DNA of 64,000 nucleotides, taken from the NCBI GenBank assembly GCA_963749075.1, contig CAVVLJ010000017.1:480001-544000 (forward strand), read 5' to 3'. The stretch comes from an uncultured Pseudomonadota bacterium. GTDB taxonomy: Bacteria > Pseudomonadota > Alphaproteobacteria > JACZXZ01. Positions within the stretch are counted from its first letter, which is position 1. Each line of letters starts with the position of its first letter. Both the position numbers and the translations under genes were made by a program. This document shows positions 10,245 to 21,445 of this stretch, one piece after another. The notes under the pieces are model-generated. The model did not search any database and was not told the origin of the DNA. It worked only from the letters and a program-made list of their open reading frames with translations.

Positions 10245-11280
10245 CGCGGTAACGACCCTCCATGTGGGGCCGCCACCAGCTCTCGTTTGCCAGGTACCAT
10301 TCGACCGTGCGCCGGAGCCCGGTCTCGAAATCGAAGGTCTGCACTATGCCGAGCTCGCGCTCGATCCGCGCGGCGTCGACCGCATAGCGCAGGTCGTGGC
10401 CGGGCCGCTCGGCAACGAAGGTGATGAGATCGGCGTGCGCGCCGTGGCGGCGGGGCCGCAGCCGGTCCAGCTCCGCGCAGATCGCATGGACCACCTGGAG
10501 GTTGCTGCGCTCGCTCCGACCGGCGACATTGTAGCTCTCGCCGGGCCGGCCCGCCGTGGCCACGCGGTGGAGCGCCCGGGCATGGTCCTCGACATGGAGC
10601 CAGTCGCGCACGTTGACGCCGCTGCCATAGACCGGGAGCGATCTCTCGTCGCGGCCACTGATGATCATAAGCGGAATCAGCTTGTCGGGGAACTGGTACG
10701 GGCCGTAGTTGTTCGAGCAATTGCTGATGAGTGTTGGCAGGCCGTAAGTGTGGCGCCAGGCGTGCACGAAATGATCCGACGACGCCTTGCTCGCGGAATA
10801 GGGCGAGCTCGGGCGATAGGGCGATTCCTCGGTGAAAGCGCCGGTCTCGCCGAGACCGGCGAGCGTGCCGAATACCTCGTCGGTCGAGACATGGTGGAAG
10901 CGGAAGGCGGCTTGCCTCGCGGGAGAGAGCGTGCGCCAGTAGTCGAGTGCGGCTTCGAGGAGCACGCAAGTGCCGACGACGTTGGTCTGAACGAAGCTTG
11001 CCGGCTCGTCGATCGAGCGGTCCACATGGGTCTCGGCGGCGAAGTTCATCACGACGTCGGGCCGATGGCGCGCAAATATCTCGGCAAGCGCCGCCGCATC
11101 GCAGATGTTGGCCCGCTCGAAGCGATAGCGAGGATCGCGCGAAGCCGCCGCCACGCCGCGCAGATCGCCGGCGTAAGTCAGCTTGTCGAGGTTGACGACC
11201 TCGGCGTCCGTCTCGCCGATCAGGTAGCGCACGACAGCCGAGCCGATGAAGCCAGCCCCGCCGGTGACGAGGAATTTCAT
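10213..11280 (-). CDS. rfbB: dTDP-glucose 4,6-dehydratase
   Basis: [40 protein letters not shown]. Confidence 0.97.
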   Translation of the reverse strand: MKFLVTGGAGFIGSAVVRYLIGETDAEVVNLDKLTYAGDLRGVAAASRDPRYRFERANICDAAALAEIFARHRPDVVMNFAAETHVDRSIDEPASFVQTNVVGTCVLLEAALDYWRTLSPARQAAFRFHHVSTDEVFGTLAGLGETGAFTEESPYRPSSPYSASKASSDHFVHAWRHTYGLPTLISNCSNNYGPYQFPDKLIPLMIISGRDERSLPVYGSGVNVRDWLHVEDHARALHRVATAGRPGESYNVAGRSERSNLQVVHAICAELDRLRPRRHGAHADLITFVAERPGHDLRYAVDAARIERELGIVQTFDFETGLRRTVEWYLANESWWRPHMEGRYRGERLGLAAGR

Positions 11281-11312
11281 GGACGACCTCTCCCCCGCCT
11301 CGCCCTTCCGCC

Positions 11313-11858
11313 TCAAGGGCCATAGCTGAACGGACTGTCGATTTCCGCCAGGCGGGGCTGACGCCGGTCCTTGTCCGAAAGGATCGCCTTGGACGGCGCC
11401 ACCGGCCATGGAATGGCAAGTGCCGGATCGTTCCACAGGATGCCGCGGTCGTGCTGGGGCGAGTAGTAGGAGTCGACCTTATAATGCACCATGGTGTCGG
11501 GCACGAGCGTGCAAAAGCCGTGCGCGAAGCCGCGGGGAATGAGTATCTGGCTAAGCTTCTCGACGCTGAGCTCCACGCCGACCCAACGCCCGAATGTAGC
11601 CGAGCCGCGCCGGATGTCGACGGCCACATCGAAGGCCGCACCGTGCAGGACCGTCACCAGCTTCGTTTGCGCAAAGGGCGGCTCCTGATAATGCAGGCCA
11701 CGCACCGTACCCGCATCGGCCGAAAGCGAGAGGTTATCCTGCACGAAATCGAGATCCGGGTAATTCCGACGCGTAAAGATCTCGCAGAAGAAGCCGCGGC
11801 TGTCGCGAAACTTCTCGAGCGAGAGGTGAGTCACCTCACGAATGTCCAATGCGGTCAT
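11313..11858 (-). CDS. rfbC: dTDP-4-dehydrorhamnose 3,5-epimerase
   Basis: DSRGFF, FVQDN, RGLHYQ, DVAVDIR.GS.TFG, GFAHGF. Confidence 0.95.
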   Translation of the reverse strand: MTALDIREVTHLSLEKFRDSRGFFCEIFTRRNYPDLDFVQDNLSLSADAGTVRGLHYQEPPFAQTKLVTVLHGAAFDVAVDIRRGSATFGRWVGVELSVEKLSQILIPRGFAHGFCTLVPDTMVHYKVDSYYSPQHDRGILWNDPALAIPWPVAPSKAILSDKDRRQPRLAEIDSPFSYGP

Positions 11859-12267
11859 TTCGTCCGATCGCTTTCGGAGCTTGCCTCGTCGGTGGCTTGC
11901 GGCGATTAATAACACGAACGACCTGTCGATTGAAACGCCGGGAATCATAGCGACTGCCGCGGCTATCTCATCCGGCGGCAGCGGGAGCGGCAAGCCGTGG
12001 CGGCCGAGGCGGCGCAAGTCCCACCCGCATCCGGCTCGGCGGCGGGCCTCGTGCGGACCGGCGCGCGACCCTGCCGCTGCGGTTGCTCGCCGCGTTAACG
12101 GCGCCATTCCTGTGGAGGTCGATATCCCAGGCGATGGAATAAAAGCTGAACTCTACCTCGCCGTCGGCAGCTCCGCGATTCCCTTGAGGCTTTCGCCCAC
12201 CGCCCGGTGCTCCGCTGCCGCGGGCCGTCGGAACGGCAATCTCAGGCGTAAGCGATCCATGTCGCCA

Positions 12268-13191
12268 TCATTCCCGCGCCCGCGGCGGCGCGCCACTGGC
12301 CGGGAAGCCCACAAAGAGCTCGGCGAGCACCGCGCGCGCGGGCCGGATCGGCACGCCGAACGCGTGGGCGATCTTTTGCGCGTTCAGCGTGCTGTAGCGG
12401 TGGCGGTAGATCGCAGGGACTTGGGCCTCAGACACGGGCTCGCCGTGGACGAGGCCGGGCGGCAGCCGGCAGGCCTCGGCCATCATCGCTGCGGCCTCGG
12501 CATAGGAGATTTCGTCCGCGGAGGAGAGGTGCCAAATGCCCCGGCATCGGCGCTCGCCGAGCGCGATCGCCGCCTCGGCCACCTCCGCCGCCGAGAGCGG
12601 TGCCAACGTCATGTCGCTGGCGGCCACGGCCGGCTCGCCGCGCCGCAGGTTCTCGTACCACAGGCGGAACATGCCGACCGGCTCCGCGGCCAGCACCTTG
12701 GTCAGGCGCAGCACCGCGGCCGGCAACCCCTCGCGCGCGATCGCCGCCTCGAGCGCCAGCTTCTGGCGGCCGTAGGCGTTCTTGGGCCGGCACGCCGCGG
12801 CCTCGTCGGGCAACGGCGTCTCGCCGTCGAAGACCTGGCTGCTCGAGAGGAAGACAAGCTGCGTGCCGCGCGCCGCGAGGCGGCGCATGACGGCGAGCGT
12901 ACCGTCGACGTTGACGCGGGCGGCGGCATGCGGATCGCGCTCGCAGGTGCGCATGTCGGTGACGGCGGCGCAGATATAGGCGCAGGCGAACGCGAGTCCG
13001 TCCAAGGCCGCGAAAGCGGGAGAGGCGAGATCGAGGGGCAGGGCCAAGGCCCCGGCCGGCGTCCGACGCGACGTTGTCCGGAAGGGCCGCCCGGCGCGGC
13101 CGAGCGTGCCGCCGAGGTAGCGGCCGATCAGGCTGTCGCCGCCGACGATGAGATCGTCGCGGGTCCCATCCGCCGCCTTCGCCGCGCTCAT
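12268..13191 (-). CDS. RmlD-like NAD(P)-dependent sugar-nucleotide reductase/epimerase
   Basis: IVGGDSLIG, LSSSQVFDG, YGRQK (YxxxK). Confidence 0.75.
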   Translation of the reverse strand: MSAAKAADGTRDDLIVGGDSLIGRYLGGTLGRAGRPFRTTSRRTPAGALALPLDLASPAFAALDGLAFACAYICAAVTDMRTCERDPHAAARVNVDGTLAVMRRLAARGTQLVFLSSSQVFDGETPLPDEAAACRPKNAYGRQKLALEAAIAREGLPAAVLRLTKVLAAEPVGMFRLWYENLRRGEPAVAASDMTLAPLSAAEVAEAAIALGERRCRGIWHLSSADEISYAEAAAMMAEACRLPPGLVHGEPVSEAQVPAIYRHRYSTLNAQKIAHAFGVPIRPARAVLAELFVGFPASGAPPRARE

Positions 13192-13367
13192 GCGGCGGCC
13201 AATTGAGCCGGATGGCGGAATTGCCGAGGCCGCGGTCCGCCTGGGCTAGCGCTTCGGCGGCACCCGCTCGAACCCGAAGCACCGGCCCGGAGCGCGAGCG
13301 ATAGCGTGATGGTGTGTCGTGGTCGCGAGACCATCATGATTGGGCATCAAGCGTCGGAACTGCCGCG

Positions 13368-13955
13368 CTAGCGCCGCGGCCCCGCCGCCACGCTGCCGCA
13401 GCGCTCGATGCAGTACTCGAGGATCGCATGACAGAGGGCCGTATGCCCGACCTCCACGAAGGCGTAGCTGTCGGAGGACAGGAAGAAATTCATATGCCCC
13501 ATGCCGCGCAGGGGATTGTCGGCGGTGAAGCCGCTCAGGGTCATGACCGTGCAATCCGTCCCGCGCGCAGCCGTGACGGCGTTCAGGATGTTGGCCGAGC
13601 GTCCCGAGGCGCTGAGGGCGACGAGAAAGTCGCCGGGTCGAGCGAAAGTCTCAATCTGCTTGGCAAAGACGTGCTCATAGCCATAGTCGTTGCCGAGGCA
13701 GGTCAGCATGCAGGCGTCGTTCATAGCGAGCGAGCGCAGACCCGCATTCTTGCTGTAATCCGCCGCCATGTGGCTGGCGGTCCCGGCGCTCCCGCCGTTG
13801 CCGATGAACATCAGCTTGTTGCCGCGGTCATGGGTGGCGCGCGCCATGAGTGCCGCCCATTCCACCGCTTCGTCGATAGGATACGGCCGCCCCGAGGCGT
13901 CGCTTGCCTCGATCCCCGTCAGCAGGTCGGCGAGATTGGCAATGAACTCTCGCAT
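13368..13955 (-). CDS. gmhA: SIS-domain phosphoheptose isomerase
   Basis: GNGGSA, NDYGYEHVFAKQ, SASGRSANI. Confidence 0.8.
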   Translation of the reverse strand: MREFIANLADLLTGIEASDASGRPYPIDEAVEWAALMARATHDRGNKLMFIGNGGSAGTASHMAADYSKNAGLRSLAMNDACMLTCLGNDYGYEHVFAKQIETFARPGDFLVALSASGRSANILNAVTAARGTDCTVMTLSGFTADNPLRGMGHMNFFLSSDSYAFVEVGHTALCHAILEYCIERCGSVAAGPRR

Positions 13956-14272
13956 CCAAGACTCGGGAAGAGCTCTTGCCGCGCGCAACATTGGCCAATT
14001 TCCTCGCGTATCCTGCTTGACGTTGCTATAATGCAACCGAGGTGTCAAACAATTTTCAATCTCATTCCCCCCCCCGCGCGTCAAGCGATGGCGGGCGTAT
14101 CGGCAACGAAATTTATTGCCAGCGCCGTCCGACGCCCTCATCCTTGCGGTCAGGCGGCGATCTAAAGGGAAGCCTCAGTTTAGCGGTCGCGGGCACATAT
14201 GTCCCGTAAAGGAATTAGAGGACTCATGACAGTAAAACCGTCTCCATCCGGATAGACCGCCGCGGCCGTAGC

Positions 14273-15319
14273 ATGGAATCGCTCGATTATTCCGCCGCCG
14301 CCCTGCCCGAGCCGCGAGCAGGTGCAGAAGCCGCTCCGCTCGCGACGATCGTCATCCCGACGTTCGGCGACTTGCCGCAGCTGGTCGACATCCTCGCGCA
14401 GGTGCGAGCGCAGACGTGGTCCCATTTGGAGGTCATCGTCGTCGACGACGCGTCGGCGACGCCGGTCGAAGCGTCGCTCTGCGTCCAAGGGGGAGATGCG
14501 ATGACCCTGCGGGTCATCCGCCACAGGGAGAATCAAGGACCGGTCGCGGCACTGCATACCGGACTCATGCAAGCGCGGGGCAAATACGTCTATCTCGGCT
14601 CGACGAACGATCCGATCGAGCCGCACTTCATCGAAGCCGGGGTCGCACTGCTCGAGCGATACCCTGCGGCGGGGCTGTGTTTCTCGGATTCCGCGACGAT
14701 CGACGGCTGGAGCGGGCGGCGCCGGGCGTTTCCGCTTTATCTCAGCCGGCAGGCCGTCTACTTGGCACCCGACGAATTCGCCCGACGCATGCGCTCGGCG
14801 CCGTTCCACATCTCCAGCAATACCGTGATCTTCCGCATGACTTCCATACGGCGCATCGGCGGTTACCGGCCCGCCCTCGCCCTTTATTCCGATTGGTTCG
14901 GCGTCCAGATGACGGCATTGCAAGACGGTGCGGTCTATATTCCCAAGGTGCTCGCCTATTCCCGCGAGCATCCCGGACGCTATTCCGAGCCGCGACGCTG
15001 GGGCCCGGCCGAGCGCCGGCGTCTCGCCGGTTTGGCGCTTGCCAGCGCCGTCGAGGGATATCCCGAGCTCGTGTCGCGGCTGCGCCAAAGCCGCGCGGCG
15101 TCCGCCTTCGGCTTTCGCTTGCTCGCGGGCCTCTCCCGAGATCGGCAGTGCGCCGCCGCCATCGATCCCGCCGCCTTGTGGATGGCCCTTGTTCGCGACA
15201 TCTGGCACGTGGTCGGCCGGCTCGTCCCGCTCCCGGCCCGGCGGCTGTGCCGCCGAGCGTTGATGGGTTACAGGCCGAGCCTTCGGGAAAGAAAGGCGGG
15301 AAGCGCCTCGGCCGACTGA
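14273..15319 (+). CDS. Glycosyltransferase family 2
   Basis: TIVIPTF, EVIVVDDAS, NQG...ARGKY. Confidence 0.85.
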   Translation: MESLDYSAAALPEPRAGAEAAPLATIVIPTFGDLPQLVDILAQVRAQTWSHLEVIVVDDASATPVEASLCVQGGDAMTLRVIRHRENQGPVAALHTGLMQARGKYVYLGSTNDPIEPHFIEAGVALLERYPAAGLCFSDSATIDGWSGRRRAFPLYLSRQAVYLAPDEFARRMRSAPFHISSNTVIFRMTSIRRIGGYRPALALYSDWFGVQMTALQDGAVYIPKVLAYSREHPGRYSEPRRWGPAERRRLAGLALASAVEGYPELVSRLRQSRAASAFGFRLLAGLSRDRQCAAAIDPAALWMALVRDIWHVVGRLVPLPARRLCRRALMGYRPSLRERKAGSASAD

Positions 15320-15673
15320 TCGGGGCTACGCTCGAGCGTGTCCTTAGCCGAGCCCGCCGCCATCGCGAGGATCGTCAGCCCAAGCATCGCGAGCCACCAT
15401 GCATGCCGCCGATTGTTCCCGACCGCGGCCTAGGCGGACGCGGTCATTGTCAAGGCAAGCGCCGTGGACATGGCGCACCGGCGCGCTCCCGCGATGGGGC
15501 GGCGCGTCGCCGGTGGCTGCGAGGCCCTGCAACCAGCGACAGCATAGCGCGCGCGAGGGACCAGTCTATACGCTCCGCGCACTCGAGGCGCCTTCTGTCC
15601 GAGAGTCGTGTCCCCAGACTTGTCCCCGACCAAATTCGCCGCCCCGTATGACATCCTAAGTTATTCGGAATTA

Positions 15674-15750
<77 letters not shown>

Positions 15751-15829
15751 TGCCGTATGGAAGCCTTGGCGAGGGCCGCTTATAGTGGCTTTCGCGGGAC
15801 CTGTCCAGCCGGCCCGGCCCGGCGGCACG

Positions 15830-16054
15830 CTACTCGTCCTCATCCCCGCCGCCCTCTTGTGCTGGGGCATTCTCGGGCGTCTCGTCGCTGGCGATGCGAT
15901 AGCCGCCGCCGAGCCAGCGGCCGAGGTCGATGTCGGCGCAGCGCTTGGAGCAGAAGGGGCGATAGCGCTCCTCCGGCGGCCTGCCGCAGAGCGGGCACTT
16001 CGCCCGCTTCTTCCTAGCCTGGAGCCTGGTGATCTCGGCCATGGCCTGCCTCAT
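15830..16054 (-). CDS. yacG: DNA gyrase inhibitor YacG
   Basis: CPLC...RPFCSKRCADIDLGRW. Confidence 0.92.
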   Translation of the reverse strand: MRQAMAEITRLQARKKRAKCPLCGRPPEERYRPFCSKRCADIDLGRWLGGGYRIASDETPENAPAQEGGGDEDE

Positions 16055-17499
16055 GCCCGGGTCGCTACGCCGCCGCCGCCGTCCGTCACGATGTCGAACC
16101 GCTCGCGCGCGAAAGACGGCTCGGCGCGGAGCGCCAAGGGCCGGCCGAGCTTTAGCTCGAGCGCCCGCCGCGCCGCTGCCGCCTCGCCCTCGAGCGCCGC
16201 CACGACCGCCGCGGACGCGACGACGACGAGCGCCGAGCCCGGTGCCGCCCGCGCCGTGCGCTCGGCCGCGCGCAGCACCTCATAGGCGACCGTCGCGGCA
16301 CCTGCAAGCCGGCCGCTGCCGTGGCAGGCCGCACAGGCCTCGCCGAGGAGCTCGCGCAAAGGCGCACGCACGCGCTTCCGCGTCATCTCGAAGAGGCCGA
16401 GCCGGGTGAAGCCGCCGAGCTGGACCGGCACCGGATCGGCGGCGAAGGCGGCGGCGAGGGCGTCCGCCACGCGCGCGCGATGGCGTGGCTTCGCCATATG
16501 CACGAAATCTATGACGATGAGGCCGGCGAGATTGCGCAGGCGCACCTGGCGCGCGATCTCGACCGCCGCCTCGAGGTTGACCGCGAGCGCCGCGTCCGCG
16601 AGGTGCCCAGCACCCGACTGCCGCGCCGTGTTCACGTCGATGGCGGAGAGCGCCTCGAGCGTGCCGATGGCAAGGCTGCCGCCCGAGGGCAATGCCGCGA
16701 GCGGCGCGAGCCCCTCGGCGATCTGCTCCTCTACTTCGTGGCGCGCGAAGAGAGCCTCGGGCCCGCGATGGAGCGTGACCTCCACGCGTGCGCCGAGCGC
16801 GTGGCGTGCGAGGAACTCCTCCGCCTGCGTCTTGGCCTCGCGGGCGTCGGTCAAAACCGAACGGAGCGCGGGGCCCGCATGGTCGCGCAAGACCCACGCG
16901 GCCGGCGGCGCCTCGGCGTGGAGCAGCGCCGGCGCCTTGCTCGATTTCGCGCGCGCGAGCACGTCCTGCCAGAGCTTGCGCAAGCCGGCGAGCTCGTCGA
17001 GAAGCTGCGCCGCGTCCGTATCTTGCGCCGCGGTGCGCAGCACGACGCCTTCGTCCGCTGCGAGATGCGGCGCCAGGGCCGCCTCGAGACGGCCGCGCTC
17101 GGCGCCCTCCGCGATGCGCTTCGAGACGGCAATCCCGGGCTTCTCCGGCGAGAGAACGAGGCGGTAGCCGGGAAGTGCGATTGCCGCCGAGAGCCGCGGC
17201 CCCTTCTCCGCAATGGCGTCAGCCGTCACTTGCACGATGAGCGCCTGGCCTTCGTGGAGCGCCCGTCCGCCGCCCCGCTTGAGGAGGCCGGCGGGCCCTT
17301 GACCGAGCTCGACGAAGGCCGCGTCCATGCCCGGCGCCAGCTTGCCTATGCGGCCGAGATAGATGTTGCCGACGAGGCTCGCAGCACTGGCGCGCTCGAC
17401 CGCGAGCTCGACGAGCCGCCCGGCCGAGACGAGTGCGGCGCGGGTCTCGCCGGGCGAGACGCTCAAGAGGATCTCGTCGATCCCGGAGGCGGCGCTCAT
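16051..17499 (-). CDS. Ribonuclease E/G family protein
   Basis: GNIYLGRI, AAFVELG, IDVNT, RLRNLAGLIVIDF, EMTRKR, C..C.G.G. Confidence 0.9.
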   Translation of the reverse strand: MSAASGIDEILLSVSPGETRAALVSAGRLVELAVERASAASLVGNIYLGRIGKLAPGMDAAFVELGQGPAGLLKRGGGRALHEGQALIVQVTADAIAEKGPRLSAAIALPGYRLVLSPEKPGIAVSKRIAEGAERGRLEAALAPHLAADEGVVLRTAAQDTDAAQLLDELAGLRKLWQDVLARAKSSKAPALLHAEAPPAAWVLRDHAGPALRSVLTDAREAKTQAEEFLARHALGARVEVTLHRGPEALFARHEVEEQIAEGLAPLAALPSGGSLAIGTLEALSAIDVNTARQSGAGHLADAALAVNLEAAVEIARQVRLRNLAGLIVIDFVHMAKPRHRARVADALAAAFAADPVPVQLGGFTRLGLFEMTRKRVRAPLRELLGEACAACHGSGRLAGAATVAYEVLRAAERTARAAPGSALVVVASAAVVAALEGEAAAARRALELKLGRPLALRAEPSFARERFDIVTDGGGGVATRA

Positions 17500-18065
17500 C
17501 GGTAGCCGAGGCCGCTCAGTAGTGCTGCCGTCTCGTAGAGCGGCAGGCCGACCACGTTCGAATAGGAGCCGCCGAGATGGCGCACGAAGGCGGCGGCGCG
17601 GCCCTGAATGGCATAGCCGCCCGCCTTGTCGTGCCACTCGCCGCTCGCGAGATAGGCCGCGATCTCGTCGGACGTGAGGCGCTTCATGGCGACCGTGGTG
17701 GTGACGAGGCGCACGGCACTGCGCCCGCCGGGCGCCATCAGCACCACGCCGCCGATCACCCGGTGGCGCCGGCCCGAGAGGAGCCCGAGGCAGGCGCGCG
17801 CCGCCGCGGCATCGAGCGCCTTCGGCAGGATGCGCCGGCCGCAGGCGACGACCGTGTCGGCGGCGAGCACGAAGTCGTCCGGAAAGCGGGCCGCGACCGC
17901 TTGCGCCTTGGCGGCGGCCAGGCGGGCGGCATGGGCGCGGGGCAATTCGCGCGGCCGCACGCTCTCGTCGACGAGCGCCGGCACGACGGCATCGGGGACG
18001 ACGCCGATCTGGCGCAAGAGTTCCAGGCGTCGCGGCGACGCCGAGGCCAGGATCAGGCGCGGCAC
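17496..18065 (-). CDS. maf: Maf family nucleotide pyrophosphatase
   Basis: LILASASPRRLELL, AADTVV, DKAGGYAIQG, NVVGLPL. Confidence 0.95.
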   Translation of the reverse strand: MPRLILASASPRRLELLRQIGVVPDAVVPALVDESVRPRELPRAHAARLAAAKAQAVAARFPDDFVLAADTVVACGRRILPKALDAAAARACLGLLSGRRHRVIGGVVLMAPGGRSAVRLVTTTVAMKRLTSDEIAAYLASGEWHDKAGGYAIQGRAAAFVRHLGGSYSNVVGLPLYETAALLSGLGYR

Positions 18066-18108
18066 CGGGCGTGCATCTCCCGTCGCTGGGCGCGCCCAGG
18101 CGCGCCGG

Positions 18109-18327
18109 TCACTTGAAGCGGAAGGTAATGCGGCCCTTGCTGAGGTCGTAAGGCGTCATCTCGACGTTGACGCGGTCTCCGGCCAGCACCCGGATGCGGT
18201 TCTTGCGCATCTTGCCCGAGGTATGGGCCAGTATCTCGTGCTCGTTGTCGAGCTTCACCCGGAACATCGCGTTGGGCAGGAGCTCGGTCACCGTGCCGGA
18301 AACCTCGATCAGGTCTTCCTTCGCCAT
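18109..18327 (-). CDS. infA: Translation initiation factor IF-1
   Basis: MAKEDLIE...[12 protein letters not shown]...[17 protein letters not shown]...GRITFR. Confidence 0.98.
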   Translation of the reverse strand: MAKEDLIEVSGTVTELLPNAMFRVKLDNEHEILAHTSGKMRKNRIRVLAGDRVNVEMTPYDLSKGRITFRFK

Positions 18328-18431
18328 TACCCTCACCAATGTCGACTTTGGCGACCCGGAACATGGGACCAACCCCTTCCTGGGTCAAGCTTATTCGCCG
18401 CCGGAGGGCGGGCAGCAGGGCGCTTCCCCGC

Positions 18432-18875
18432 TCACACCACCGGGGGCGGCGGCAGGGGGAAGCGCGCCGCGATGCGGCGGGCGAGCTCGTCGCGCACCGC
18501 GCGGTAGGCGTCGAGCCGTGCCATCCGGCTGCCCTCGAGAATGCTGGGGTCGAGCGTCGGCCAGTACTCGACCTCGCAGGCCATGGTGCGGGTGAGCTCG
18601 ACGGCATAATGCTGCGCCTCGGGCGACAGGCTGACGATGAGGTCGAAGGAGCTGTCCGCGAGCTCCTCGAAAGTCGTCGGGCTGTGGCCCTTGATGGGAA
18701 TGGCGATCTCCTCCATCACCTCGGCTGCGAAGGGATCGAGCTCGCCCGCGCGCACGCCGACCGAGGCGACGAAGATGCGCCCGAGATGGAGATGCTTGAG
18801 GATCGCCTCGGCCATGGGCGAGCGGATCGCGTTGCTTGTGCAGGCGAAAAGCACGCTCGAGGGAAGCCCGCCCAC
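18432..18875 (-). CDS. Low-molecular-weight phosphatase/ArsC-like protein
   Basis: VLFACTSNAIRSPMAE, W..LDP; usual position between UPF0262 and infA. Confidence 0.85.
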   Translation of the reverse strand: MGGLPSSVLFACTSNAIRSPMAEAILKHLHLGRIFVASVGVRAGELDPFAAEVMEEIAIPIKGHSPTTFEELADSSFDLIVSLSPEAQHYAVELTRTMACEVEYWPTLDPSILEGSRMARLDAYRAVRDELARRIAARFPLPPPPVV

Positions 18876-18878
18876 CGC

Positions 18879-19373
18879 CTAGCCCCGGATGTGCAGGACG
18901 CAAAGAAGGGTGAAGAGCCGACGGGCGGTATTGAAGTCGAGCTCGACCTTGCCGGCGAGGCGCTCCCGCAAGAGCTCGGAGGCCTCGTCGTGCAGGCCGC
19001 GCCGGCCCATGTCGATCGCCTCGATCTGCGTGGGGCTGGCGCTGCGGATCGCGGCGTAATAGCTCTCGCAGACGGTGAAATAGTCCTTGATGATCTTGCG
19101 GAAGGGCGAGGTCGGCAGATTGACCGTGGCAAGCAGCGCTTCGCCCTCGTCGTGGATCGCCATCACGAGCCGGCTCTCGGCGATCGAGAGGCGCAGCACG
19201 AAGGGGCCGCTAAAATCGCCGACCGGCGCGAAGCGGTTCTCCTCGATGAGGTCGAAGACGGCGACGGCGCGCTCGTGCTCGACGTCGGGGCTCCAGCGCA
19301 CGATGCTGCGCTCGTCGAGATGGATCCGGCTGATCCGCGAGCGGCTCTTCTCGGCACCCTCGTCCGCCGCCAT
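18879..19373 (-). CDS. UPF0262 family protein
   Basis: [36 protein letters not shown]. Confidence 0.9.
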   Translation of the reverse strand: MAADEGAEKSRSRISRIHLDERSIVRWSPDVEHERAVAVFDLIEENRFAPVGDFSGPFVLRLSIAESRLVMAIHDEGEALLATVNLPTSPFRKIIKDYFTVCESYYAAIRSASPTQIEAIDMGRRGLHDEASELLRERLAGKVELDFNTARRLFTLLCVLHIRG

Positions 19374-19383
19374 GGCCGCTCCC

Positions 19384-20691
19384 TCAGGCGGTGCCGCGGC
19401 GTCCGGCGAGGCGCAGGCGGACCGAGAGCGCGTGGGCGGCGAGACCCTCGGCCTCGGCAAGCGCTATCGCCGCCGGGCCGAGTGCCGCCAGCGCCTTCGC
19501 GTCGCAGCCGAGGAGCGAGGTGCGCTTCATGAAGTCGAGCACGCCCAGGCCCGAGGCGAAGCGGGCACTCCGCGCGGTCGGCAGCACGTGGTTCGGCCCG
19601 CCCACGTAATCGCCCACCGCCTCGGGCGTGTAGCGCCCGAGGAAGATGGCGCCGACGTTGCGCACCTTCTCGATGAGCGCACCGGGCCGCGCCACGGCGA
19701 GCTCCATATGCTCGGGCGCCAGGCGAGAGGCGAGCTCGGCCGCCTCGGCGAGCGTGCGCGCGACGATGACGGCGCCGTGCTTCCGCCAGCTCGCGCGCGC
19801 GATGCGGGCGCGCGGCAGCACCCGGAGATGCGCCTCGGCCGCCCGCACTACGCGCTCGGCGAAGCGCCCGTCGTCGGTGATGAGGATCGCCTGCGCGGAC
19901 TCGTCATGCTCGGCCTGGGAGAGAAGGTCCGCCGCGATCCACGAGGGATCGTTGCCGCCCTCGGCGATGACGAGGATCTCGGACGGGCCGGCGATCATGT
20001 CGATGCCGACCACGCCGAAGACCTGGCGCTTGGCCGCGGCGACGTAGGCGTTGCCTGGACCTACGATCTTGTCGACGGCGGCGATGGTGCGCGTGCCGTA
20101 GGCGAGGGCCGCGATCGCCTGGGCGCCGCCGATGCGGTAGACCTCTCCGATCCCCATCATGCGCGCCGCCGCGAGCACCAGCGGATTGATGACCCCTTGC
20201 GGCGCCGGCACCGCCATCGCGATGCGCTCCACACCGGCGATCCGCGCCGGAATCGCGTTCATGAGGACCGAGCTCGGATAGGCGGCAGTCCCCCCCGGCA
20301 CATAGAGCCCGACCGCCTCGACCGCCCGCCAGCGCGCGCCGAGCCGCACTCCCTGCCGGTCGCGGTAGTCGAAATCCTTGGGCCGCTGGCGCCGGTGATA
20401 GGCCTCGATGCGGCCCTTAGCTAAGCCGAGCGCCGCGAGCGCTTGCCGGTCGGCGCTGCGCTCGGCCTCCGCCATCTCGTCCTCGCCCACGCGCAGACGC
20501 GCGGGCGTGAGGCGGACGCCGTCGAAGCGCTCCGTGTAGTCGATGACGGCGCGGTCGCCGCGTTTGCGCACGTCGGCGAGGATGGCCGCCACCGCCCCAT
20601 CCACGTCCCCCGCGCGCTCGCGCTTCATCGCGAGGAGCCTGGCGAAGGCCCGCGCGAAACCCGCATCGGCCGTCTTGAGCCTAAGCGGCAC
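19384..20691 (-). CDS. hisD: Histidinol dehydrogenase
   Basis: [49 protein letters not shown]. Confidence 0.97.
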   Translation of the reverse strand: MPLRLKTADAGFARAFARLLAMKRERAGDVDGAVAAILADVRKRGDRAVIDYTERFDGVRLTPARLRVGEDEMAEAERSADRQALAALGLAKGRIEAYHRRQRPKDFDYRDRQGVRLGARWRAVEAVGLYVPGGTAAYPSSVLMNAIPARIAGVERIAMAVPAPQGVINPLVLAAARMMGIGEVYRIGGAQAIAALAYGTRTIAAVDKIVGPGNAYVAAAKRQVFGVVGIDMIAGPSEILVIAEGGNDPSWIAADLLSQAEHDESAQAILITDDGRFAERVVRAAEAHLRVLPRARIARASWRKHGAVIVARTLAEAAELASRLAPEHMELAVARPGALIEKVRNVGAIFLGRYTPEAVGDYVGGPNHVLPTARSARFASGLGVLDFMKRTSLLGCDAKALAALGPAAIALAEAEGLAAHALSVRLRLAGRRGTA

Positions 20692-21385
20692 GGCAGAGCT
20701 CCTCGGCGGCACGGCGGAAGCGCTCGATCCAGGCGCCGACCTCCTCCGGCCGCGTCTTGAGCGCAGCACGGTTGACGATGAGGCGCGAGGTGATGTCGGC
20801 AATGCGCTCGACCTCGACGAGGCCGTTCGCCTTGAGCGTCTGGCCGGTCGAGACGAGATCGACGATGCGCCGGCAGAGGCCGAGGCCCGGGGCGAGCTCC
20901 ATGGCACCCGAGAGCTTGATGCATTCGGCCTGCACGCCCCGCGCCGCGAAATGGCGGCGGGTGATCTCGGGATATTTGGTGGCGACGCGCACGTGGCTCC
21001 AGCGCCGCGGGTCGTCGCGCTTGACGAGCTCGGCCGGCTCGGCGACGGCGAGATGGCACTTGCCGATGCCGAGATCGAGGGGAGCGTAGATCTCGGGGTA
21101 GTCGAACTCCATGAGCACGTCCTTGCCGCAGACGCCGAGCTCGGCCGCGTTGAAGGCGACGAAGGTCGCCACGTCGAAGCTGCGCACGCGGATGATGGCG
21201 AAGTGCCGCTCGTTGGTCGCGAAGCGGAGCTGGCGGGCCTCGGGATCGGCGAAGGCGGCCTCGGGCACGATGCCGGCGCGCGCGAAGAGCGGCGCCAGCT
21301 CGGCCGAGATGCGCCCCTTGGGTACCGCGAGCACGATGTCGTCGCCGGCCACGCCGAGAACTCCCTTGCCGCGTTTCGCGGCCAT
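20681..21385 (-). CDS. hisG: ATP phosphoribosyltransferase (short form)
   Basis: [35 protein letters not shown]. Confidence 0.95.
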   Translation of the reverse strand: MAAKRGKGVLGVAGDDIVLAVPKGRISAELAPLFARAGIVPEAAFADPEARQLRFATNERHFAIIRVRSFDVATFVAFNAAELGVCGKDVLMEFDYPEIYAPLDLGIGKCHLAVAEPAELVKRDDPRRWSHVRVATKYPEITRRHFAARGVQAECIKLSGAMELAPGLGLCRRIVDLVSTGQTLKANGLVEVERIADITSRLIVNRAALKTRPEEVGAWIERFRRAAEELCRAA

Positions 21386-21445
21386 TGCATACAGATATTG
21401 CCGCCCGAGGTCAAAAGCAGCGCTGTAGGACAGCGGCGGAGCCCC

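Noticed and set aside
15320-15600. Integrase remnant next to tRNA-Phe
   Set aside because: I could not read recombinase motifs in any frame.
20681-21385. HisG appearing truncated
   Set aside because: The short HisZ-dependent form is normal in Alphaproteobacteria.
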